Numbered from the stretch's first letter, positions 42,600-53,951 are shown. The stretch: 64,000 nt of DNA from an uncultured delta proteobacterium (GCA_963816395.1 CAWFKQ010000016.1:320001-384000); one strand, 5' to 3'. Made by a program: numbers and translations. The notes: generated from the letters alone by a model not told the origin.

Positions 42600-43574
42600 T
42601 CACGCCACCTGCAGTTTCCGCAGCCGCTCTCGCGCCATGGGCGCGACCGTCCGCTTTTCCTCCCCGTCACGCCGCAGCAGCACTTCCACCGAAGGCTCCC
42701 GCTGCCCTTTGCCATACGCGGCGACGATGGCGGCGGCGGTGTCGAGGTCCTGCTCCTCCGCTGCACCGTGGAGCAGGCCGGCCGGCCCGTTGAACTGGCT
42801 GGCCCACAGCAGAACGTCCCCCGGGCGGGCTAATTTTTCCAGGGCCTCATTGTCGTCCTGGTTGCGGCCGAGCACGAGTTTTACCCGCGGGGAGAGGCGG
42901 AACTGGCGTCCCTGCTTGAGCAGTTCGACATCAGTCACAGTGCAATCGGGCTGGTGGGTAAACAGGTCCCGCAACCGGCCGCTAAAGGATTTCTCGGTGA
43001 GCAGGCAGCCGCCCCCGGAGGCGGGGTAATCGGTCAGCCCCCACTCCCGGGCCAGGGCCTCCTGCCGCTTGCGGGAACGGCCCTGGATGTCGAGCAGCCG
43101 CTCGCGGTCGACCAGACCCTGGTTCTCCATGGGGGTGGGCGGCAGCAGCCGGGCCGACAGGGGTCGCAGGATGCGCTCCGGGTAGCCGGAATAATTCGCC
43201 ACCGCCCGCAGGGCGCTGGGGTTCTGGCTCATCGGCCGCTGGCCGAGCACCTCGCCGGAGAACAGGAAATCGTATCCCGCCTCAACCATGATCTGGCCGG
43301 CCAAACGGAACATCAGCGCGTGGCAGTCGATACACGGGTTCATATTCTTGCCGTAGCCGTAATGAGGCGCCTTCACCATCTCCAGGTGGACCTCGCCGAT
43401 GTTGCGGACGAGCAGGGGAATGCCCATCTGCAGGGCCGCTTTTTCCGCCTTGGCCGAGCCGAAGAAGGGCGTGACGTAGGAGATGCAGGTCACCTCAATT
43501 CCTTGTCGCTTCAATGCCAGGGCGGCCAGGCTGCTGTCGACTCCTCCGGACAGAAGCCCCAGTGCTTTACTCAT
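42600..43574 (-). CDS. PP-loop tRNA sulfurtransferase-like protein (MnmA/ThiI-like, DUF814-type C-terminus)
   Basis: SGGVDS, NPCIDCH, GEVLGQRPMSQ, GGCLLT, LGRNQDDN. Confidence 0.8.
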   Translation of the reverse strand: MSKALGLLSGGVDSSLAALALKRQGIEVTCISYVTPFFGSAKAEKAALQMGIPLLVRNIGEVHLEMVKAPHYGYGKNMNPCIDCHALMFRLAGQIMVEAGYDFLFSGEVLGQRPMSQNPSALRAVANYSGYPERILRPLSARLLPPTPMENQGLVDRERLLDIQGRSRKRQEALAREWGLTDYPASGGGCLLTEKSFSGRLRDLFTHQPDCTVTDVELLKQGRQFRLSPRVKLVLGRNQDDNEALEKLARPGDVLLWASQFNGPAGLLHGAAEEQDLDTAAAIVAAYGKGQREPSVEVLLRRDGEEKRTVAPMARERLRKLQVA

Positions 43575-43701
43575 GAATTGCCTCCATCTTTCTTTATCCG
43601 CCCAGGCGGGCGGGAGAGGCCGAAACTAACATGAAAATGCACGCGATTTCAAGCAGAGAGCAGTGGAGGGATTGGTGGCTGGTGATTTGTTGCCTCTCGT
43701 T

Positions 43702-44512
43702 CTATCTCACCTCGACGCAGCCGTCGGCCCCCACCGGCAGTCCCGGGGGATTGTGCGGACAGCGGTCCTCGACATCCGGTATGCCGTCGCCGTCGCTGTC
43801 CGGCGGGCAGCCGTCGGTGCCGACCTGCATCCCTTTTTCCGTCCCCGGGCAGCGGTCCAGGTAATCGGGAACCCCGTCGCCGTCGCCATCCGGTGGATTT
43901 ATCGGGCAGCCATGCGCATCGACCTTGAATTCCCGGGGAGTATCGGGGCAGCGATCGACCTGGTCGGGAATGCCATCGGCATCGGCATCGGCCGGCGGTC
44001 TCGGCCGGGGTTTGCGCTGGTAGCCGAAATCGTAGCCGAGGTTCAGACCGATTTCCCAGCCGGTCTTCTCATCAGCCCTGATCTCCCTTAGGTGGCGAAC
44101 GTCCAAACGCAGGGAGACGGGAGTGTCCGGCTGATAGGAGAGCGCCAGCCCAAGAGCCATGATCGGCTCCTGCTCCGAACCGGCGGTGAATCCGCCGAGG
44201 CCGAGAGTCAAGAGCGATTTCCAGGCGGATCTGGTGAAAACCGGGTAAAGGGCATCGGCCCTGAACATGAACAGGTCCGGGTCGCTGGCATGCAGCAGAA
44301 CGCCCTCGAGTCCCAGTGAGTCGGCGTTCTCTTTGCCCTGCAACCAATAGCCCCCTTTCAGGGTGGCGAACAGGCCCCCTTGCGAATGGCTGCCGGAGAG
44401 GAAGAGGGTGCCGGTGCCCAGGCCCAGGGTGAAGTGATTCCTGGCGACCGCCGGTCGCGGCAAGAGCAAAACAGCGAGCAGGCAGACGATTATTTTGCTC
44501 CGGGCGATGCAT
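43702..44512 (-). CDS. small outer-membrane beta-barrel protein with thrombospondin type-3-like repeats (5' end uncertain, possible frameshift)
   Basis: amphipathic strands ending LGYDFG, then three DxDxDGxPDxxDRCP repeats. Confidence 0.7.
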
Positions 44513-44517
44513 GCCGC

Positions 44518-45597
44518 TCACCTCTTGGTCCCGCTCGTTGCTTTGGCCGGGAATTCCTTTTTCGGCGGCGATTTCCGGTCATAGGCGCGGGGCGGGTGAC
44601 AGCCGGGAGCGCAGCTGCCGCCCGTCGGGGTGAGGCGGAAACCAACCGGTATCTGCCAATTGCCGAACGGGGCGCCGGCGGCACGGATCAGTTGCCGGTT
44701 GTTTCCGGCGTGCGGCTCGTGGCAGGCCAGGCAGGTGCGTCCTTTACGATCCCGCACATGCAGGTAGTGCAGGTTCCGGTTGCCGTCCCGGAAACGAGTC
44801 TCGGCGGTGGTCCTGGAATCCTGCAGCAGCTTCTGCTCATGACACTGGAAACAGAAGCCGTAGATCCCCGGCTGGTAACCGGCATAAAACTCAGCCGGAT
44901 AGCTGCCGGTCAGCAGACGAAAAAAATCGGAACCATGGGGCTCATGGCAGCCGGTGCAATCGCCGTCGGCGAGCGGTCCGTGCAGAAAGGCTTTGTCCTG
45001 CAGGTCGCCGGCGATATTCCGCAGGGGCTTGGATTTGCTGAAATCATCCCGGCCATGGCAGGAAAGGCAGAGATCCTGCTGCCTGCCGGTCAGCAGATGG
45101 GGATTGGGGGAACCGTGCAGCGAGTGGCAGATGCTGCAGCTTTGCGGTCGGTACATGGGGGCGTGCCTGGTCTTGGCCTCGCGTATCCGGGTGCCGATGT
45201 CGGCATGGCAGGGCAGGCAGGTTTCGGGCAGACCGGCAACCAGCAAGTTCTTCGCCGAAGCCCCATGCGGGTTGTGACAGGCCAGGCACTCCCTTTTATC
45301 GGTAATGGGATGCTGCATTCCGGGACGAATCGGCGGTTGGTGGCACGGGCGGCACAGTTCCCCGCCGGCGGCCGCCAACTGGAAACCGGGGGAGCCGGGA
45401 GTCGGGTGTTTTTCTCCTGTCGGCCGGTGACAGGGAGAACATTCTCCCTCGGCCACGGGCGTATGAACCTGCACGAAGTCGCGGATTTCCGGATGACAGC
45501 CGGCGGCCAGGCAGCCGTCGGCGCCCAGACAAACCGGCGGGGCACAACTGAAAAAAGCCAGCAGGACGATCAGGAGACCGGTACAAACACTCGGCAT
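44518..45597 (-). CDS. multiheme cytochrome c (9 CxxCH plus CX4CH and CX3CH)
   Basis: signal peptide; CSPCH, CRPCH, CLACH, CLPCH, CSICH, CLSCH, CTGCH, CFQCH, CLACH; CLAAGCH; CAPGCH. Confidence 0.92.
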   Translation of the reverse strand: MPSVCTGLLIVLLAFFSCAPPVCLGADGCLAAGCHPEIRDFVQVHTPVAEGECSPCHRPTGEKHPTPGSPGFQLAAAGGELCRPCHQPPIRPGMQHPITDKRECLACHNPHGASAKNLLVAGLPETCLPCHADIGTRIREAKTRHAPMYRPQSCSICHSLHGSPNPHLLTGRQQDLCLSCHGRDDFSKSKPLRNIAGDLQDKAFLHGPLADGDCTGCHEPHGSDFFRLLTGSYPAEFYAGYQPGIYGFCFQCHEQKLLQDSRTTAETRFRDGNRNLHYLHVRDRKGRTCLACHEPHAGNNRQLIRAAGAPFGNWQIPVGFRLTPTGGSCAPGCHPPRAYDRKSPPKKEFPAKATSGTKR

Positions 45598-45787
45598 GGA
45601 TCAGTCCCGACCGCCGCCAGGGGCGCTACGCGGGCTCTGCAGTTTGGGGAGGGGCAGGTCGGCAAAGGAATTCCGGTTCATCTGCTTGCTCCAGGAAAAT
45701 CCGGTGCTAAACTGTGGTCTCGGTATTATAATTAAAATAATATAATTGTCAATCGGCGGCGGTTTTCATCCGCAAGGAGCGGAAGGG

Positions 45788-46582
45788 ATGCGATACGCAA
45801 AATGGCTCCTGCTGGTCGGCCTCATCGGTACCCTGCTGCTGGGTGCCCGTCTGCCAGCCGGAGCAGCCGCGGAGCCGGCCGCACCCGCGCTGGTGGCGGC
45901 GGACTGCGCGAAATGCCACGCGCGGGAGATCACCGACCTGCGGGAGGGCGGCGGCGCGCATGGAACGGCGGTCGGCTGCTTGGATTGCCACCCGGGACAC
46001 CCCCCCCGCGACCTGGAGGTGATCCGTCCCTGCAGCGACTGTCACCAGGGGAGCCGCCATGTGGAACGGCGCGGCCCTTGTCTGGTCTGCCATCGAAACC
46101 CCCATCGGCCTCTCCAACTCACTCTGGCGCCGGAGGCAGCCGGGGCCTGCCTCGACTGCCACCCGGAGGTTGGCAAGGAATTCGCCGCCGCCCCAAGCCT
46201 GCACGCCCAATTTTCCTGCACCGCCTGCCACAAACAGCATGCCGAGGCTTTCCCCTGCCGCGAGTGTCACCTGCCGCATGCCGATGCAGGGAAGGGAAGG
46301 CAATGCCGCGACTGCCATTCGCCGCATCGGCCGCTGGCGGTCGAATTCGGCGGCGCAGTCGATTCGGCGACCTGCGCTTCCTGCCATGCGGAAATCGATC
46401 AGCGCCTGCAGGCCGCCGGGGGTGCCCACCGGCAGGTCGGCTGCGCTGTCTGTCATGCCGGACGGCACGGGACGATTCCCTCCTGCCGGCAATGTCATCC
46501 GGAGCCGCATGCGGCGGCGATTCTGGCTCGGTTCCCGGTTTGCTCGGTCTGTCACGGCGATCCTCATGCACTGAATCGATAA
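45788..46582 (+). CDS. dodecaheme periplasmic cytochrome c
   Basis: signal peptide and 12 CxxCH motifs in four 3-heme repeats. Confidence 0.93.
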   Translation: MRYAKWLLLVGLIGTLLLGARLPAGAAAEPAAPALVAADCAKCHAREITDLREGGGAHGTAVGCLDCHPGHPPRDLEVIRPCSDCHQGSRHVERRGPCLVCHRNPHRPLQLTLAPEAAGACLDCHPEVGKEFAAAPSLHAQFSCTACHKQHAEAFPCRECHLPHADAGKGRQCRDCHSPHRPLAVEFGGAVDSATCASCHAEIDQRLQAAGGAHRQVGCAVCHAGRHGTIPSCRQCHPEPHAAAILARFPVCSVCHGDPHALNR

Positions 46583-46712
46583 GGATTGCCGCCAGCCGCT
46601 CGGAACGGATATACTGGCAAGGCGAGGAAGCTGGACGGGAAAGTCAGAGGCTCCCGGGCGTTTCGTCCCGCCGCCCACCAACCCGCGGTTGTCCGGATTT
46701 TGGGAGTATCCA

Positions 46713-47690
46713 GTGCAAGATAATTTTGGAAGGAAAATCGAGTATCTACGGCTGTCGGTCACCGATCGCTGCAATCTGCGCTGTCGCTACTGCATGCCGG
46801 AAGATGGCATTCCGGAAGTGCCGCATGCCGAGATCCTCTCCTATGAGGAATTACTGCGGGTGGCCGCCGCCGCCTTGCGTCTGGGGGTGAGAAAGATCCG
46901 GGTCACCGGCGGCGAGCCGCTGGTGCGACGGGGCATTGTCGATTTCATCCGGCAGCTGGCGGCGCTCCCGGGAGCGCCGGAAGTGACCCTGACCACCAAC
47001 GGGCTGCGCCTGTCCGGGATGGCGGCGGATTTGAAGGCCGCCGGTCTCTCCCGGGTCAATGTCAGCCTGGATACCTTACGCGCGGAGCGGTTCTCCGCAA
47101 TCACCCGGCGCGAAGGGCTGCCGCAGGTGCTGGCGGCTCTGGAGGCCGCCGATCAGGCCGGCCTTACCCCACTGAAAATCAATACGGTGCCGATCCGGGG
47201 GGTGAACGAGGATGAGATCGTCGATTTTGCCAGGCTCACCCTGGAGCGTCCCTGGCAGGTGCGGTTCATCGAGTTCATGCCGGTCAGCGGCGGTCTCGAC
47301 TACCCCCCCGAGAGCCGTTTCCCCGCCGCCGCCATCCTTGAAGCGCTCGCCGACCTCGGTCCCCTGCAACCCATCCCCCGCCAGGGTCCGGCCGGCCCCG
47401 CCCGCCTCTTCCGCTATGCTGAAGCCCGCGGGACGATCGGCATCATCCCCGCCGTTTCCGGCCATTTCTGCGGCGACTGCAATCGCCTGCGGCTGACCGC
47501 CGACGGCCGCCTGCGTCCCTGCCTCTTCTCCGTCGAGGAAATCGACCTCAAGAGTGTGCTGCGGCAGGGAACGGCGGCGCAGTTGGAAGAGGTGCTGCTG
47601 ACGGCGGTGGCCGCCAAGCCGGAGCGGCACCGCATCGGCGAGGAAGATTTCCGCCACGCGAGCCGGAGAATGCAGGGGATCGGGGGATAG
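46713..47690 (+). CDS. moaA: GTP 3',8-cyclase
   Basis: YLRLSVTDRCNLRCRYCM, TGGEPL, FCGDCNRLRLTADG, C-terminal IGG. Confidence 0.96.
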   Translation: MQDNFGRKIEYLRLSVTDRCNLRCRYCMPEDGIPEVPHAEILSYEELLRVAAAALRLGVRKIRVTGGEPLVRRGIVDFIRQLAALPGAPEVTLTTNGLRLSGMAADLKAAGLSRVNVSLDTLRAERFSAITRREGLPQVLAALEAADQAGLTPLKINTVPIRGVNEDEIVDFARLTLERPWQVRFIEFMPVSGGLDYPPESRFPAAAILEALADLGPLQPIPRQGPAGPARLFRYAEARGTIGIIPAVSGHFCGDCNRLRLTADGRLRPCLFSVEEIDLKSVLRQGTAAQLEEVLLTAVAAKPERHRIGEEDFRHASRRMQGIGG

Positions 47691-47723
47691 GCAGGCTAGG
47701 GGCAAGAGGCGAAAGGCAGAAAG

Positions 47724-47761
47724 GCCGTGACGCGGGACGCGGTTTGCGGTTCGCGAAAAGC
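47724..47761 (+). repeat. 38-bp dispersed repeat, identical copy at 60704-60741
   Basis: GCCGTGACGCGGGACGCGGTTTGCGGTTCGCGAAAAGC; diverged inverted copy ~50455-50492. Confidence 0.85.
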
Positions 47762-47778
47762 CCCTCTCATCGTTTCCC

Positions 47779-47805
47779 GTAGGGGCACGGCGTGCCGTGC
47801 CCTGC
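47779..47805 (+). repeat. GTAG-type REP palindrome
   Basis: GTAGGGGCACGGCGTGCCGTGCCCTGC, same family as 11622-11739. Confidence 0.8.
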
Positions 47806-47823
47806 TTTTCGCCCATCTTGTTC

Positions 47824-48461
47824 TCATCGCGCGTTCCGCGTTCCGCGTTTCGCGTCTCTCATCACCTGCTCCAACCACTCCCCCTCCTTTTGACAGAACC
47901 GCTCCAGGAGTTCTGCCGCCCAGCGGTAGAGGGGGTGTGAGCGTTCGTCGTCGGCGATCCGGCGGCAGAACTCGGGGATCCAGGGGTGGAGGTACTGCCG
48001 GCAGAAGGCCGCCTGCCCCGAACGCGCCTGCCGAGCCTCGGCAACGTCGCGCCGGCTCAGCGCCTGCTTCTTCCTTCTCCACCAGATAATAGAGAAACTC
48101 CAGCTCCGTGGGGAGAAAGTCGGCTGGTTCGCCGCTCCCCTCCAGGGTCAGCCCCTCGGCGCGGTAGAGCCGCCCGATCTGCTAGTGAACTCTCCCCCAG
48201 CAGGCGCTTTCCGCCTCCAGGTAGACCGAGCCATAGGGCAGGGCCGGAGCGCCGCCCAGGCGGCTGATGAACAGGTCGGTGTAGGCTACCTCCAGCGTTC
48301 GCAGTTCCCCAGCCGCTGGCGGTTCCGAAATCGGCGGCACCAAGCGCCGCCGCCGCATCTCCCTCGCCCGCTTGCAGGCTGGCCAGCAGCTCCGGCTCGG
48401 GGTAGCTGAACAGGCGGACCAGAAAAGCATAGAGCGCTTTTCGCTCGCTGACTTTCAGCAT
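47824..48461 (-). CDS. TorD/DmsD-family molybdoenzyme chaperone (several frameshifts)
   Basis: RLFSYPE, YTDLFI, PYGSVYLE, EPADFLPTELEFL, YLHPWIPEFC reconstructed across frames. Confidence 0.75.
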
Positions 48462-48474
48462 CATTTCCGTCCCC

Positions 48475-50169
48475 TTATTCCAGTCCCATCTGCTTGAGTT
48501 TGCGCCAAAGGGTGGTGCGGCTCATCCCCAACTCGCGGGCCGCCGCGTGCTTGTGCCAGCGATGCGCCTCCAGTACCTGCAGGATCTTCTGCTCCTCGGC
48601 ATCGGTGACCTCTTCCAGGCGCGCTGCCTGCTGGGGCAGCGCCCGGTGCAGGGAGGCGGGGAGGAACTGCCGTTCCACCCGGCCGGTGTTGCTGGTGACG
48701 TAGGCGTGTTCGATGGCGTTCTCCAACTCCCGCACGTTCCCCGGCCAGTCATAGGCCATCAGCATGGCCATGGCCCGGCTGGTGACCTCCAGGAGGCGCT
48801 CGCCGCGCGCATTGAACTTCTGGAGGAAGGCCTCCACCAGCAGGGGAATGTCCTCCTTGCGCGCGCGCAGCGGCGGCAGGCGCATGGGGACGACGCAGAG
48901 CCGATAGTAGAGGTCCTCCCGGAATCTCCCATTTTCAATCTCCTTCAGCAGGTCCTTGTTGGTGGCGGCAATCACCCGCACATCGGTCTTGCGGGTCTGG
49001 ATGCCGCCCACCCTTTCATATTCCTTCTCCTGCAGCACCCGCAGCAGTTTGGCCTGCAGGGCCAGGGAGGTGTCGCCGATCTCGTCGAGGAAGATGGTAC
49101 CGCCGTGCGCCAGCTCGAAGCGCCCCGGCTTCTCTCTGACGGCGCCGGTGAAGGCGCCCTTCTCGTGCCCAAACAGCTCGCTCTCCAGCAGGCTCTCGGC
49201 CAGAGAGGCGCAGTTTATCTTGACGAAGGGGCCGCCCTTGCGCCCAGAGCGGTAATGGATGGCGCGGGCCAGGATCTCCTTGCCGGTACCGCTCTCCCCC
49301 TGGATGAGGACGGTGGCGTCAGTAGCGGCGACGGCGCGGACGCGATCGAAAATTTCCGTCATCGCCTTACTCTTGCCGACGAAATCGGAGAAGGAATATT
49401 CGTTCGGCAGCTTGGCCTTGAGGGCTTCCACCTCGCTGCGGTCGCGGATGATGCCGATGCAGCCGCAGACGTGACCCTCGGCATCGCGCAGCAGGTCGGA
49501 GGAGAGGAAGGCGGGGATGCGCCGGCCGTCGCGGGCGACCAGGGAGGCGGTGCAGTTTTCGACCGGCTGCTGGTGGCGGAGGGTCCATTTGAGCGGGCAG
49601 TCGGTATCGCAGACGCTGGAGCGCAGCACCTGGTTGCATGGCATCCCCAGCACCTCGGCCTCGCGGTAGCCGGTCATCCTTTCGGCGCTGCGGGAGAAAC
49701 CGGTCAGACGCATATCCAGATCGACCGTGTAGATGCCGTCGGCGATGGAGTTGACCACCGTGCGGTAGCGCTCTGTTTCGAGGGCCAGCATCGTCTGCTG
49801 CTGCTGCAGGCGGTTGGCCAGATCCTTGACCACGGTAGCATCCTGCACGCATTCCATGACCGCTGCGAGTTCGCCCGTCTCCTCGTGCACCGGTGTCAGA
49901 TTGAGGCAGAAGGCGCCCTGTCGGCACTCGAAATCAAGAGATTTGCGTGCCTCACCGGTCTCCAGCACTTCGCGGAAAGGACATTCCCCGGAGCACAGGG
50001 AAAAGCCGGTGATGTCCCAGCAGTAACGCCCCGTGGCCGCCTGTTCGCTGATCCCGAAGAGGGCCTGGGCATTGCGGTTGAGGGCGAGGATCCGACGCTC
50101 GGAGTCGAGCAGCAGGATGCCCTGGGACATCTGGTCGAAGAGGCGGCGATCGGCGATAGGCAGGCTCAT
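48475..50169 (-). CDS. double-PAS sigma-54-dependent Fis-family activator
   Basis: two Cys-containing PAS domains, [35 protein letters not shown]. Confidence 0.93.
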   Translation of the reverse strand: MSLPIADRRLFDQMSQGILLLDSERRILALNRNAQALFGISEQAATGRYCWDITGFSLCSGECPFREVLETGEARKSLDFECRQGAFCLNLTPVHEETGELAAVMECVQDATVVKDLANRLQQQQTMLALETERYRTVVNSIADGIYTVDLDMRLTGFSRSAERMTGYREAEVLGMPCNQVLRSSVCDTDCPLKWTLRHQQPVENCTASLVARDGRRIPAFLSSDLLRDAEGHVCGCIGIIRDRSEVEALKAKLPNEYSFSDFVGKSKAMTEIFDRVRAVAATDATVLIQGESGTGKEILARAIHYRSGRKGGPFVKINCASLAESLLESELFGHEKGAFTGAVREKPGRFELAHGGTIFLDEIGDTSLALQAKLLRVLQEKEYERVGGIQTRKTDVRVIAATNKDLLKEIENGRFREDLYYRLCVVPMRLPPLRARKEDIPLLVEAFLQKFNARGERLLEVTSRAMAMLMAYDWPGNVRELENAIEHAYVTSNTGRVERQFLPASLHRALPQQAARLEEVTDAEEQKILQVLEAHRWHKHAAARELGMSRTTLWRKLKQMGLE

Positions 50170-50493
50170 CGGCTTCTCCCGGCAGGCGGCCGAATACTAC
50201 GCTAGAGATACTATATTTAATATATGCAATAAATATGCTCATTTCTGGGAGAGACTAAGTAAAGCATTTAAAAACAAATGGTTACCACTTAAGGAAGGCG
50301 GCGCGAAATAGCGCAAAGGCTGTGGGTGAATAGGCAAGGGCGGCGGGATGGCGGAGGGGGCGGCGATAGGGCGGAGAGGTAGGCAGGGATGCGGAACGAG
50401 TAAAAAGCAGGGACATGGAATGAGGAATGCGGGAAGAGAAGGTCAAAGGATTTTCGATTTTCGCGTACCGCAAACCGGATTCGTGTCCCGGTT

Positions 50494-51750
50494 TTACTCC
50501 AGATCGCGGGCTATAAGCTCGAGAACGTGGATGACCTGCTGCGGCAGGCCAGCGTGGTGAATGGTGTCCTGCAGCTGCATCATGCAGCCGGGGCAGGCGC
50601 TGGCCACCAGGTCGGCGCCGCTCTTTTCGATGCCGGGGGCTTTGCGGGCGCCGATCTGCTTGCTGGTTTCATAGTGGTAGACGGAGAAGGTACCGCCGAG
50701 GCCGCAGCAGCGGTCGGCGCCCTCCATCTCGATGAACTCCACTCCGGGCAGGGCGCGCAGCAGTGCCCGGGGTTCCTTGGTGATCCCCTGGGTGCGCAGG
50801 TGGCAGGGATCGTGGTAGGTCACCCGTTGCCGCTGCGCCTTCTTGGGCAGGGCGGCGAGCCGCTGCGGCAGCCCCTGGCGCACGAGGAAGACCAGGATGT
50901 CGGTGACCTTCGCCGCCAGCGCCGCTTCGGGCTCGCCGAGGCCGCCGAAGTGCTTGCCTATGCCGACATTGCAGGAGGCGCAGGCGGTGACGATGGCATC
51001 CGGCGGGCGCCGGGAAAAAGCGGTCAGGTTCCGCCCGGCCAGTTCTTCCACCGTGGCGCCGTCGCCGGCGGAAAGGGCGGGCAGGCCGCAGCACCCCTGG
51101 TCGGCGGGGATGAGGACGTTCACCCCGAGAAAATGCAGGATCTTGAGCAGGGCCTCGCCGATCTGCGGATACATGTAGTTGATCATGCAACCGGTAAAGA
51201 AGGCGACAGTCGGCTGCTCCTGGCTGCCGGGAATGAATTCCGGGTGGCGTTCGCGGAAGGGGACGGCGGCGACCTGGGGGAGAGTGCGGTCGGTGGTGAT
51301 CCAGGGGGTGGGGAAGCGCAGGCGAAGTCCACTCCCGTCCGGTACTTTCCGGAACAGGAGTTTCTCGAAAGTCCTGGCCCCCCGGGTTCCCCACTTCATC
51401 AGGGAGGGGGTGCGCAGGACGGTGCCGACCACCCTGCCGAAGCTGGTCAGACCCTGGCGGGCGGCGATTTCCCGCCGGGCGGCCATAACGATCTCGTCGG
51501 TGGGGACCAGGTTGGGACACTTGTCGAAGCAGGAGCCGCAGAGCAGACATTTCGACATGTCGGCGACGAAGCGCTCGTCCAGGGGCATCTCCTGGTCGAC
51601 CAGGGCGTGCGCCAGCGCCACCTTGCCGCGCGCGACCGTCGATTCCCGCTTGTGCTCGGCAAATACCGGGCAGTGCGCCTGGCAGGCGCCGCATTTGACG
51701 CACTGGCGGATCTGGTCCTGGAGGTCCTGCAGTTTCTTGTGTTTGCTCAT
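50494..51750 (-). CDS. GlcF-like Fe-S oxidoreductase subunit (two 4Fe-4S, two CCG domains)
   Basis: CVKCGACQAHCP, CLLCGSCFDKCP, CCGLP, YHDPCHL, CCGLGG. Confidence 0.9.
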   Translation of the reverse strand: MSKHKKLQDLQDQIRQCVKCGACQAHCPVFAEHKRESTVARGKVALAHALVDQEMPLDERFVADMSKCLLCGSCFDKCPNLVPTDEIVMAARREIAARQGLTSFGRVVGTVLRTPSLMKWGTRGARTFEKLLFRKVPDGSGLRLRFPTPWITTDRTLPQVAAVPFRERHPEFIPGSQEQPTVAFFTGCMINYMYPQIGEALLKILHFLGVNVLIPADQGCCGLPALSAGDGATVEELAGRNLTAFSRRPPDAIVTACASCNVGIGKHFGGLGEPEAALAAKVTDILVFLVRQGLPQRLAALPKKAQRQRVTYHDPCHLRTQGITKEPRALLRALPGVEFIEMEGADRCCGLGGTFSVYHYETSKQIGARKAPGIEKSGADLVASACPGCMMQLQDTIHHAGLPQQVIHVLELIARDLE

Positions 51751-51943
51751 AGCTCCGGTCGTCGCGAAAAACAGGGCGGCCGATCCATTCCGGCCGCCCT
51801 GCAGGGAAAACGTGACGGGGAAATGATAGCAGCAGCGGGGGAATTTTGCCACGGAAAAAGGCAAAGCCGGTGGCGATTAAAACGGATCGCTTCTGCTGCA
51901 GGGCGGCCCCTGTGCCCGCCCAGGGAAGACGCGGGGCCTGCCC

Positions 51944-53819
51944 CTATCTGGCGATTTTTCCGTCCAGCCGCTTGAGCTTTCGCCAGAGGGTGGAGCGGCT
52001 TATTCCCAGCAGATTGGGCGGCATCGGCGTATTTCCCCTTGCTGAGGGTCAGCGCCCGTTTGATCTCCTCCAGTTCGTTGGCGAGGACATGCGCCCGCAG
52101 TCCGTTTTCCCGATCCTCTTCCAGCATCTGGTGGATGATGTCGGCCTTGATCGTCTGCTCCTTGTAGGCGGCGACAATGCGTTCCATGACGTTCTGCAAT
52201 TCCCGGACGTTGCCGGGCCATTCGTATCGGCTCAGTGCCTCCAGGGCCGACGGCGCCAGGGTCAGCCGCCGCTTCATGGCCGTGGCATACTGGTGCAGGA
52301 AGTGGCGTGCGAGGAGGCCAATATCCTCCTTGCGTTCCCGCAGGGGGGCAAGGCGCAGCAGCAGAACATTCAGGCGGTAATAGAGATCGGCGCGAAAACG
52401 ATTTCCGTTGACCAGATTTTTCAGGTTCTTGTTGGAAGCTGCGAGGATGCGCACGTCGACCGGGGTGACCCGGTCGCTGCCCAGCCGCATGACCTTTTTT
52501 TCCTGCAGCACCCGCAGCAGTTTCCCCTGGGTGGCGTATTCCATTTCGGCGATTTCATCGAGGAACAGGGTGCCCCCGTGGGCCACTTCGAAGAGGCCGG
52601 GTTTGCCTTTCGGATTGGCGCCGGTAAAGGCCCCGCCGACATAGCCGAACAGCTCACTCTCGAGAATCTGGGCGGGAATTGCCGCGCAGTTGACGGCGAC
52701 GAACGGTCCCTGTCGCCGATTGCTGTGGTTGTGGATGCTCTGGGCGAACACCTCCTTGCCGGTGCCGGTCTCGCCCAGTATCAGGACCGACGAATCGGTC
52801 AGGGCGAAGTCCCGGGCGGCGGCGATCGTCATGCGCAGGGACGCGCTCTTTCCGTGGATATCTTCGAAGCGAAAAACGGCGACATGTCCCGAAGCGTACA
52901 GGCGCCGGCGCACCCGTGCTTCCAGCTGCTGCAGCCGGGTGGCGTCCTGAAAGGTGGCGACAGCCCCGACCACGCTGCCGTTGACGCGGATCGGTACCTT
53001 GTTGCAGGCCACATGGGTGTCGTTCACCTTGAGCAGCTGCCCGAGATCGTCCTGTCCGGAGGCCAGTACCTGCTCGAGGTCGAGTTCGGGCCAGACCTGC
53101 CGAATCGGCAGGCCAATGGCTCGGGTGCGGCTGATTTTGGTGATCGTCTCCGCCACAGGGTTGAAAAAGGTGACCACCCCCTCCCGGTTCACCGAAACAA
53201 TCCCCTCATAGGCGTAGTCGAGGACTGCCCGGAAGAGATTGCCCTTGGCTTTCTCCTGCTGCCGGGCGAAGGCGATATGCTTCGCCTCCTGCGCCGCCTG
53301 CAGCATGCTCTCGGCGCTGTTCTCAATCAGAGCGAAAGGGAGGCCATGTTTTTGAGCCAGCTTGCCGGTGATCGCCCCGCCGACGATGACATCGGCATGT
53401 TCGGCCATGGCCCTGCGGATCATCTCGTCCACCGCCGTTTCATCCTCGAGGGGATAGAAGCGGACGTCCTCCCCCAGGAGCGGTCCCAGGTAGTCGATGC
53501 CGGGGATCATGGGTGCAAAGGCGACCACCCCGATGCGCCGGCCGTGGAATTTGGCCTCCTCGATCGTTTGGATAACGTCGAGAGCGGTAGTCGGAATGTC
53601 GACCACAGAGGCCTCCAGTCCCGCTTCCCGAATGAGAGCGGCGGTCCGTCCCCGGCTGATGAACACTTCATAGTCTTGCTGCGCCAGTAATGCAGCGATC
53701 TTTACCGCCTCCCCCAGCAGCCCCTTTTCGATGACGATGTCGGGGTAACCATGGCGGAAGGCGCTGCGGGCCCGTTCCAGCAGGCGGCCGTCGGGAAGTA
53801 TGCAGGCGATTTTCGACAC
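51944..53819 (-). CDS. PrpR-like sigma-54 activator (frameshift ~52015 in HTH)
   Basis: PrpR N-terminal VFISRGRTA / VIVGG, PAS, GETGTGKE, GAFTGA; LLGISRSTLWRKL in alternate frame. Confidence 0.88.
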
Positions 53820-53935
53820 GGAAGAGTCCTTTTTCTCTGAAACAAAATGAAACAATTTGCGATGATGTTGCAACATGCCTGGCTTTATTGCAACAACAAA
53901 GCTGCAAGCCATTGAAAAAATGGTATTATGAAAAT

Positions 53936-53951
53936 TGGCACACAAATCGCT
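53936..53951 (+). promoter_or_regulatory. sigma-54 (-24/-12) promoter of the TTT operon
   Basis: TGGCAC-ACAAA-TCGCT (GG-N10-GC), divergent from a sigma-54 activator. Confidence 0.75.

Noticed and set aside
50225..50241. sigma-54 promoter for the PAS activator
   Set aside because: TTGCA is present on the minus strand but the -24 GG is replaced by AG.
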